From positions 1 to 52,456 of the forward strand of contig CAZYXR010000005.1 of assembly GCA_964650845.1 (NCBI GenBank): a stretch of 52,456 nt of DNA, in the 5' to 3' direction. Position 1 is the first letter of the stretch. The number at the start of each line of letters is the position of its first letter. The DNA is from an uncultured Chitinophagaceae bacterium (GTDB lineage Bacteria; Bacteroidota; Bacteroidia; Chitinophagales; LD1). Shown piece by piece: positions 26,523 to 34,310 of this stretch. The translations under genes and the position numbers were made by a program. The notes beneath the pieces were generated by a model. That model saw only the letters and a list, made by a program, of their open reading frames with translations. It was not told the origin of the DNA and made no database searches.

Positions 26523-27941
26523 ATGATTAAATCTTTGATAGATAAAATTTGGGGCAAAAAAAACAGCACCTTACAAACTTTTCCAATTCTATTTCACGAT
26601 TACAACAAATCGCGCTTGCCTGGCAAAAGCGAATACGCATGTTACGCTCCTATAAAAAACATTTACTTTGGTCATTATGGCAAAGCGGTAGCCTGTTGCT
26701 ACAACAGAGAACACGTATTGGGCACTTACCCACAACAAAGCATCCATGAGATTTGGACTGGTGAAAAAGCCCAAGAACTAAGAGCGGCATTAAAAAACTA
26801 TGATTTTTCGCATGGTTGCCGCTATTGTTTAACACAGATAAAAGCCGGCAATATTGATGCAGCTAAAGCCAAACAATATGATGAACAACACACCAATGCA
26901 AATGGTTATCCATCGGTAATGGAGTTTGAGTTGAGCAATACGTGCAACTTAGAATGTGTGATGTGTAGCGGAAATTTTTCTTCGCTCATTAGAAAAAACA
27001 GAGAAGGCAAACCGCCTGTGGAAAGCCCTTATGACGATGCATTTGTAGAGCAACTAAAGCCATACATTCCGTTTCTACAAGAAGTGAAGTTTTATGGAGG
27101 TGAACCCTTTATGATTCCAATATACTACAAGATATGGGAGTTAGCAGTACAACTCAACCCTACTATTTGCATTTCTATTCAAACCAATGCCACCATGCTA
27201 AACAGCCGTATCAAAGATTTACTCGAAGCCGGCAATTTTCACATAAACATTTCGCTTGATGCAGTAACAAGAGAAGTGTATGAAGCAATAAGATTAAACG
27301 CCAAATTTGATGCAGTAATGGAAAATGTAAATTGGTTTATTGATTACTGCAAACGCAAAAATACTTTTATTGGCATTTCTGCTTGTGCCATGCAGCAAAA
27401 CTGGAGGGACATTCCGAATATTCTCACTTTTTGTACTGAAAAGGAAGTGCAACTATACCTACACACGGTTTTTTTTCCAAAAGAGTGTGCCATAAGAAAC
27501 CTTAGCGCAATGGAGCTTACAGAAATATCTGAATTTACCAGTCCGTTTTTTACCACCATGGCTGTAAATTCTGCTATTGACAAAAAAAACAAATTGCATT
27601 TTGGCGATTACATTAAACAAGTGAACGATTGGAAGGCAGAATCAATAAAGCATGCAGAACAGATTATCATCAGTACCCCAACAGAACTTTCGGAATTTGT
27701 AAAACACAAGATGGAGCAAGTACTCTATCAATCACTTTTCGATGAGCAACGAAGAAAAAACATCCTCCAAAAATTAACTTTATTGATAAGCGTGATACCC
27801 AAAGATTTTCCATTTAAAGAAAGCTTAAAGGACTTCGACTTTAAAGACGACTACATGGTAATAGACATGCTCAAACACATAGAAAACAATACTATAGAAA
27901 CTTTGCTTAGCAACGCCCCACCAGCCAATACAGAATCATGA
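26523..27941 (+). CDS. radical SAM enzyme with an N-terminal SPASM/twitch-like Cys-rich segment
   Basis: The CX3CX2C motif is in SNTCNLECVMCSG. A GGEP motif follows at YGGEPFM. The N-terminus CYAP...GKAVACCYN...LGTY...IHEIWTG...GCRYC looks like a SPASM half-domain placed before the core. Confidence 0.8.
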   Translation: MIKSLIDKIWGKKNSTLQTFPILFHDYNKSRLPGKSEYACYAPIKNIYFGHYGKAVACCYNREHVLGTYPQQSIHEIWTGEKAQELRAALKNYDFSHGCRYCLTQIKAGNIDAAKAKQYDEQHTNANGYPSVMEFELSNTCNLECVMCSGNFSSLIRKNREGKPPVESPYDDAFVEQLKPYIPFLQEVKFYGGEPFMIPIYYKIWELAVQLNPTICISIQTNATMLNSRIKDLLEAGNFHINISLDAVTREVYEAIRLNAKFDAVMENVNWFIDYCKRKNTFIGISACAMQQNWRDIPNILTFCTEKEVQLYLHTVFFPKECAIRNLSAMELTEISEFTSPFFTTMAVNSAIDKKNKLHFGDYIKQVNDWKAESIKHAEQIIISTPTELSEFVKHKMEQVLYQSLFDEQRRKNILQKLTLLISVIPKDFPFKESLKDFDFKDDYMVIDMLKHIENNTIETLLSNAPPANTES

Positions 27942-29119
27942 CAAAGACCTTTGTTTTTATTGTTTGCGGAGCGGCAGAACATATTGATACGCTCCATTTT
28001 TCATTGAAGGCTTTGCGCAAATTTTCTCAAAGTGAAATTTTGGTACTTACAGATAGTTCGCGCAATGAAATCGCCATAGACCATAGTTATGTTATTGATG
28101 TAAAAACACCCGAGCATTTAGATCACCATCAAGCAAGCATTTACCTTAAAACCGGTGTGCACAAGTTTGTACCCAAAGGCAAAATGTATTGCTATATTGA
28201 TACCGATGTAGTGGCTGTTTCGCCCTTATGCGATGAGGTATTCGAGCAGCGTAACGGCATTATCAATTTTGCCCCAGACCATTGCCAAATGCGCAGTTTT
28301 AGCCCCTACTCGGTAAACTGCGGGTGCAAAGAAAAGTGGAATGTATGGCACAACGAACTCGAAGGACTGTTGGACAAGTATGATGTAAGCCGGCAAATAA
28401 AAGAGCCGACTCTAATAGAAAAACGCAAACAACTCTTTCGCAAGTTTGATATAATAAAGCAAAAGCCACTGCGTTACGCCATCATCAGTGCTCGCTTTTT
28501 GCTTAGTCCTGTGCGCTTCAAATTAGATAACGACACCTACTACCACAGATGGAAACGCCATTGGCATGATGCCGATGGAAATGTGATGCTTTATGCCAAC
28601 GAAAATCTTTTTAAGTTGGTAGAAAAACACTCGTATTTTGTATGGAATAAATTTAAGCGCAGGTGGTTTGCCGAAGGCAAATATGATGTGTACAACATGG
28701 AATGCAATCATTTGCAACAGCAAATCAAATCCACCTTTGGCATAGAAGTAAAAGATGCAAATTGGCAACATTGGAACGGGGGCGTTTTTTTGTTTGACGA
28801 TAACAGCCATCCATTTTTAGATGCCTGGCACCAAAAAACCATGCACATTTTCGCACTACCACAATGGAAAACCCGCGACCAAGGCACACTAATAGCTACT
28901 GCATGGGAGTTTGGAATGCAGCATGCGCCATTGCTTTCAAAAAAATACAATTTCATAGCAGATTATTACAAACACACCTTGATGCTGAATAAAGAAAAAA
29001 ACCTCATAACTGATGATGCCTTCAAAACAAGCTACGAGCCTGCATTAATGCACGTTTACCATCATTTCGGCATGAAAGGCTGGGATGTGTGGGATTGGGT
29101 TGAAACAAAAACTCAATAG
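27938..29119 (+). CDS. GT8-like nucleotide-diphospho-sugar transferase fold protein (tentative)
   Basis: FVFIVCGAAEH..., the DxD in YCYIDTDVVAV, WNGGVFLFD (compare the NAGV block), DQGTLIA and the C-terminal HHFGMKGW (compare HxxGxxKPW) follow GT8 motif order. A large insertion interrupts them. An ATGA overlap joins it to the radical SAM gene. Confidence 0.5.
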   Translation: MTKTFVFIVCGAAEHIDTLHFSLKALRKFSQSEILVLTDSSRNEIAIDHSYVIDVKTPEHLDHHQASIYLKTGVHKFVPKGKMYCYIDTDVVAVSPLCDEVFEQRNGIINFAPDHCQMRSFSPYSVNCGCKEKWNVWHNELEGLLDKYDVSRQIKEPTLIEKRKQLFRKFDIIKQKPLRYAIISARFLLSPVRFKLDNDTYYHRWKRHWHDADGNVMLYANENLFKLVEKHSYFVWNKFKRRWFAEGKYDVYNMECNHLQQQIKSTFGIEVKDANWQHWNGGVFLFDDNSHPFLDAWHQKTMHIFALPQWKTRDQGTLIATAWEFGMQHAPLLSKKYNFIADYYKHTLMLNKEKNLITDDAFKTSYEPALMHVYHHFGMKGWDVWDWVETKTQ

Positions 29120-29130
29120 CGTTTTCTACA

Positions 29131-30168
29131 CTACTCAACGGTTAATTGCTCGGAGTAGTTGTTTTCTTTCAAGCCTGATTTGCTTAACATGATAAATTTT
29201 GGATTATTAAAGAGCTTGTCTGCTACTATGCCAGCCAATAAAGCAGCACCTTTTGGTGTATGATGAACATCATCTTTCAAATGAAATGTATCAATAGGAA
29301 ACACCTGCATAGTTGTGGTATATGAAACATTGTTAGCCTCGCAAAGCTGCTGAGTGCAAGCATTAAATTTCTTCATTGCTCGAAACATTGACGCCCCATC
29401 AGGGTACGTTTTACCATTGTTGCATAATGCCCTGCCAAACCACAGCCTTTGCTCAACTGGCTCGGAATTGATAGGCTGATAAAAAGATGGTTGCTCTACA
29501 AAGAAACACAAAGAACTATCGCTTACAATACGACTTTGCAACTCGTTCATGTAAAAACGAAAAGCATCGAAAGAGCGAAACGCGTCATCAGAATAACTTG
29601 CAATCTGCATAGGATTAAATTGTTGCTGATATTTAAAATCTCCCAACCATTTTCTGATAAGAAAACGCTCCATTGAAGGAGGTTTAGTAGCATTGACGGC
29701 TGGTCCATAGTAGTGACTATACGTAGCTGCGTATTCACCATTTGAAAAATCTACCGGTGAAAATGATCGGCAAATGTCATTAATCGCGTGCATCACAATT
29801 ACAACATCAGGCTTAAATTTCCGATAATACGTAGTATAATTAATCAACGAATGTTTGGACGTGTACCAATCCATCCCTCCATTTAACACATAGATTCGTT
29901 TACCCCCAAACTTCTTTTCAAGAATTTTTTGCAGTTGCGAAGGGTACTTTTCTACCTCTTGTAATCTTCCATCGTTTGTAGTGGAACCACCAAGACAAAG
30001 AACAACTAAATCATCGTTTTGGATTTCGAGCGAATCGTATTTATTGAAACCAATTTGTACAAAAGGTTCAAAAGGGAAACCCTGACGATGATAATAATAA
30101 TACGATCCAGTTCCATAAAACAACAGCATCAAAAAACCAACTGAAAGGAAAACAGTAAAAACTTTCAT
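29131..30168 (-). CDS. membrane-anchored SGNH/GDSL-family hydrolase or acyltransferase
   Basis: The protein has an N-terminal TM helix. Block I is VLCLGGSTT (GGS variant), block II is LNGGM, block III is HAINDI and block V is DDVHHT. Confidence 0.65.
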   Translation of the reverse strand: MKVFTVFLSVGFLMLLFYGTGSYYYYHRQGFPFEPFVQIGFNKYDSLEIQNDDLVVLCLGGSTTNDGRLQEVEKYPSQLQKILEKKFGGKRIYVLNGGMDWYTSKHSLINYTTYYRKFKPDVVIVMHAINDICRSFSPVDFSNGEYAATYSHYYGPAVNATKPPSMERFLIRKWLGDFKYQQQFNPMQIASYSDDAFRSFDAFRFYMNELQSRIVSDSSLCFFVEQPSFYQPINSEPVEQRLWFGRALCNNGKTYPDGASMFRAMKKFNACTQQLCEANNVSYTTTMQVFPIDTFHLKDDVHHTPKGAALLAGIVADKLFNNPKFIMLSKSGLKENNYSEQLTVE

Positions 30169-31700
30169 AGCTGTTTTACAATATCGCGGTAAAAGAATAC
30201 AATTAGCATAATCATAGGAACTTGCAATGACTGAAGATAGCGAATTTGATCGAAGCTATGGGCAAAAGCAACCGTCAAAATACTTACGACTAAAAACATC
30301 AATAGCATAATAGAAACAGAGGAAAGTTTTCTAAAAACAAACAAACATATTCCTACAATAAAAATCAGTACAGAAATGAATTTACCAGCGTATAGAATAG
30401 GGATATAGATATACAAAAACAACAGGGGAATTGCAATTGTAATTGTACCCCCATGTGCATACCCAATTGTTTGCACTAACGAGTGAGACGAATAAGGAGG
30501 GGGGCTATCTATTGTATTCTGCAATTCTATTTCAAGAAAATAATCAAACATTCGCAACCGCATATCAACAACTGCAAAATAAATTTGCCATACTACTTTT
30601 TTCAAACACATAATTGGGTAGTTAAAGTAAATATGCTTTATCCAATTACTATAGTATGCCTTTACATCACCTTCCACAACTTCATCTGTTTCATTACTCT
30701 TTTTATCCCTAAAAAACTGCTGTATTACTTTGCCACAGTTTCCATATTGAAGTGCATCTAATGAATACCGCAACACAATAAAATTCGTATCTGGATTTGT
30801 TTCAATTTCTTCTACCAAAATCGGATACACAAGACTATTCAAACTGTCATCAGTGTTTGCCGCAAGGCTATTGTCTTTCATAGCTTGCAAAACAATATGA
30901 GCATGGCTGTAAAATACTTGACGAACAACGAAAGATTTAGAGGAGCCATCGTATCGCAAAGTCAAAAAAGTTTCGATTGATATTAATATCAATATTGGAA
31001 TCACCAACATGCACAACAACTTTTTCCATTCATTAGGAATGCGTTTAACTGCAAGAAAATAAGCAGCAATCAATACAAACAAAAAAGCGTAACTAAATCT
31101 TGTAAAAGCAACAAAACCAACACCTCCAATAATGGAAAGAGAGAGAAAATGTTTTGATGAAAATTTTTGACAAAACCGATAAAGTAGTACGAAAAAGCAC
31201 ACCGCGAATGGTGCAAAAACACCCTCGGGACGCAAGGTTTTTTCATACATAATAGTCATGCCATTGGCTACAAACAACAATGTAGAAACAGAAATAATAA
31301 GCACACTCGCTACCCTCTTATATTGTTGCCCTTCCGACCTCACTAACATTTTTTCAAACAACCACAACATACCAATAGCAGCAGCAATACCTCCAACATG
31401 GTGAACAATAACTACGGCATTAATGGTTTTAAAAACTAACAACAGTAATAAAACAAAAAGCGGGTAGGGAAAACTACGTGCAGAATGATGCGTAAAACTT
31501 CTCTCATTTAAAAAATCAATTGCAGGGAACAAATACCCACTGTAATCTGGATCTGCATGTAGTGTAATACCGTTTGAAAAGCGCAACCAAACTCCTATTA
31601 GAATAATAGCAGCATATAGAAAATAACGGGTGCGAATAACGAAACTGAACAAATTTGTAATCAAAAAATCATTGTGTGTTTTACAAAGTAAAGAAAACAT
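30165..31700 (-). CDS. polytopic membrane protein, GT-C/ArnT/PMT-like (tentative)
   Basis: The protein has ~12 predicted TM segments. An acidic first-loop motif HADPDYSGY is followed by a large soluble loop in the middle. An ATGA overlap (30165..30168) joins it to the downstream SGNH gene. Confidence 0.45.
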   Translation of the reverse strand: MFSLLCKTHNDFLITNLFSFVIRTRYFLYAAIILIGVWLRFSNGITLHADPDYSGYLFPAIDFLNERSFTHHSARSFPYPLFVLLLLLVFKTINAVVIVHHVGGIAAAIGMLWLFEKMLVRSEGQQYKRVASVLIISVSTLLFVANGMTIMYEKTLRPEGVFAPFAVCFFVLLYRFCQKFSSKHFLSLSIIGGVGFVAFTRFSYAFLFVLIAAYFLAVKRIPNEWKKLLCMLVIPILILISIETFLTLRYDGSSKSFVVRQVFYSHAHIVLQAMKDNSLAANTDDSLNSLVYPILVEEIETNPDTNFIVLRYSLDALQYGNCGKVIQQFFRDKKSNETDEVVEGDVKAYYSNWIKHIYFNYPIMCLKKVVWQIYFAVVDMRLRMFDYFLEIELQNTIDSPPPYSSHSLVQTIGYAHGGTITIAIPLLFLYIYIPILYAGKFISVLIFIVGICLFVFRKLSSVSIMLLMFLVVSILTVAFAHSFDQIRYLQSLQVPMIMLIVFFYRDIVKQL

Positions 31701-31772
31701 TTTCTTTGGTGCTTAATATACCAACCATTGTCCAAAACATATTCTCAACATAAAATTCATAACAGCACAACA

Positions 31773-32936
31773 ATGGTATTCCGCTTTTTACTCTCCATTG
31801 CTTGGCTTTTTGTGGCATTTTACTTTACATGGGAATACTATTGGTTTAGCAAAGTAAACTGGCATTTTGTAAGGTGGCATACTCATCTTGCACCGTTTGC
31901 ATTGGCAATATTATTGCTGCTTACCCTCACCCAGTTTGTGCAAATAAAAGAGCGCACCGTTTTACTTACAAGCTCTGTATGTATTGGCTTGGCGCTTGCC
32001 GAAGTACTGCTTTTTGCCAGGAACCCAAATGGCGATGTAATGTTTATCAGCCAACTCAAAACCAATCCTACAAACTACTATCATGCCTGGCCGGCAAACG
32101 CCACCCACTATCTAAAAAAAGAAGAATTTAACTACCAACGTCACACCAACTCTCTCGGATTTTCTGACAAAGAATGGCGCATCGAAAAAGATACAAGCAA
32201 AATTCGCGTACTCAGCTTAGGCGACTCCTTTACCGAGGGTGATGCTGCGCCTGCCGATTCAGCTTATCCATTTTTAATGCAAAAGATATTGGGCGAAAGT
32301 TACGAAGTAATGAATGCCGGCACTTGTGGTAGCGACCCTCTTTTCAACTACAAAAATCTTGAAGACCGATTGCTACAATATAAACCAGATATTGTAGTGC
32401 AAACAATTTCAACGAATGACTTATTGAATGACCTTCCGCTGCGAGGTGGCTTTGAACGTTTTCAACCGAATGATAAAATAAAAGAAAATTCGCCTCCGGC
32501 TTGGTTTTATCCTGCCATGATTAGTGTTGTTTTTAGAACGCTATTAACCACCTTCAACAATAACATAGGCAAGGCTCCAGTAATTGACAACACCTATCTC
32601 ACAAATCTCGAAACCATTCTACAACAACTCACTTTTAACTTCGACAACCTGGGCAAACAGCATGATATGAAAATTATATTTGTATTGCTGCCTTTGAAAA
32701 ATGAAGTGCAAAACAATAAATACGATTACAACTATTTGCCACTGCAGCAAATGGCAGCCCAATCAAACACCATTCGCACCCTTGATTTACTGCCATGCTA
32801 CGCGCAAAAAATTCACCTTAGCGGAAGCGATTTCAAAACATTTTATTGGCAGATTGACCAGCATCACAACTCTACCGGCTACAAACTAATGGCCGAGTGC
32901 ATAGCCGAAAAAGTATTGAGGATTACAGAACAATAA
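31773..32936 (+). CDS. membrane-anchored SGNH/GDSL-family hydrolase (paralog 1)
   Basis: The blocks are VLSLGDSFTEGD (I), NAGTCGSDP (II), STNDL (III) and DQHHNS (V). I prefer the ATG at 31773 (MVFRFLL, TM helix) over the TTG at 31728. Confidence 0.75.
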   Translation: MVFRFLLSIAWLFVAFYFTWEYYWFSKVNWHFVRWHTHLAPFALAILLLLTLTQFVQIKERTVLLTSSVCIGLALAEVLLFARNPNGDVMFISQLKTNPTNYYHAWPANATHYLKKEEFNYQRHTNSLGFSDKEWRIEKDTSKIRVLSLGDSFTEGDAAPADSAYPFLMQKILGESYEVMNAGTCGSDPLFNYKNLEDRLLQYKPDIVVQTISTNDLLNDLPLRGGFERFQPNDKIKENSPPAWFYPAMISVVFRTLLTTFNNNIGKAPVIDNTYLTNLETILQQLTFNFDNLGKQHDMKIIFVLLPLKNEVQNNKYDYNYLPLQQMAAQSNTIRTLDLLPCYAQKIHLSGSDFKTFYWQIDQHHNSTGYKLMAECIAEKVLRITEQ

Positions 32937-33071
32937 AGACCTTTTGTATCCTTTTCATAAATTTGGAATTTGGTGTATGAGATGTATTCTAAATGTTTCA
33001 ACCGAGCAACTCATGAAACAACATTTTACTTCATAAAAAATTCAATGCCTCTCTGATGTAACTAATAACTA

Positions 33072-34310
33072 ATGAGATTTACTACCATATTGAAAATATT
33101 AGGAGCAGTTATCCTATTCCTATTTGTACTAACACAGTTATCCGAACCATTTCAAGGCAGTTCAAATTTTTGCATCACTACAACATATTATCTGCTGGCA
33201 ATATGTTGTTTACTATACATAGCCTATTGTTTCAAAAAACCTGTTTATGGATTTGTTATTATGGGAGTTTCAGTATTTGTATCGCTTTACTTCTGCGAAG
33301 TTTATCTCCGCTATTATCTAAAGAATCCAGTAACATATAGCGAAATACAATGGGGAACATATCAAACAATGTATGACTGCCCTAACAATAAAATTTCCAC
33401 TATTGACCCATCGGAATCTCCAAAAACTCTCCACACGAATGTGATGACTGCAAATTCATCAAGAGATTACACTTCTCCCGAATACACCTATTCTGGAGAA
33501 TATACGAACGATTTAGGTTTAAGAGGGCCACTACCGAAAGCCAATAAAAAAGTAATATGTGCATTAGGCGATTCGTTTACCGAATCTATGGGCGCACCTG
33601 CCGACAGCACATATCCACTATTGCTAGAAAACACAATTAATATCTATGACAGCAATATTGCCGTTTTAAACGCAGGAGTAAGTGGCAATGACCCGTTTTT
33701 CGAATTTATGCTTCTAAAAGAATTAGCTGTCCACAATCAAATTACAGATGCAATTTTCTTAGTAAATTTAACTGACGTTGATGATGTTATGTCAAGGGGA
33801 GGGAAAGAGCGTTTTTTACCAAACGGTAGCTTACAATTTCGCAGTGGTCCTTGGTGGGAACCCATTTATGCTATCAGCCATATTTTCAGATTGGTATTGC
33901 ATAAAGTTTGGGATTACGATTACAACTTAATGACCAAAGACCAAATTGTTCTTGCAGAACAAAATGCCATTAATGCTATAACAAATCTCTTTTCAACAGA
34001 TGTCATTCCTTGGAGCATAAACAACAAAATACGCATCTTCATAGTTTTACAGCCAATGCTTAGTTCTGTAAATGATTTAGATTCACGATATGTAGAAATG
34101 CGCAAGCAGTTGTCTTCGCTCAAAAACATTACATTTCTTGATATTCAACCACGACTAAAAAACACACCTAGCATTCAAGATTACTATTGGCCAATGGATG
34201 GTCATTTTAATTCTTCAGGCTACAAACTAATGGCCGAGTGCATTGCCGAAAAAGTATTGAAAACAATCAAAACTGATTCTATAAACTCCTCTATAACAAG
34301 CCGCTACTAA
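33072..34310 (+). CDS. membrane-anchored SGNH/GDSL-family hydrolase (paralog 2)
   Basis: The blocks are ICALGDSFTESMG (I), NAGVSGNDP (II) and DGHFNSSGYKLMAECIAEKVL (V). The C-terminal patch is nearly identical to that of paralog 1. Confidence 0.75.
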   Translation: MRFTTILKILGAVILFLFVLTQLSEPFQGSSNFCITTTYYLLAICCLLYIAYCFKKPVYGFVIMGVSVFVSLYFCEVYLRYYLKNPVTYSEIQWGTYQTMYDCPNNKISTIDPSESPKTLHTNVMTANSSRDYTSPEYTYSGEYTNDLGLRGPLPKANKKVICALGDSFTESMGAPADSTYPLLLENTINIYDSNIAVLNAGVSGNDPFFEFMLLKELAVHNQITDAIFLVNLTDVDDVMSRGGKERFLPNGSLQFRSGPWWEPIYAISHIFRLVLHKVWDYDYNLMTKDQIVLAEQNAINAITNLFSTDVIPWSINNKIRIFIVLQPMLSSVNDLDSRYVEMRKQLSSLKNITFLDIQPRLKNTPSIQDYYWPMDGHFNSSGYKLMAECIAEKVLKTIKTDSINSSITSRY

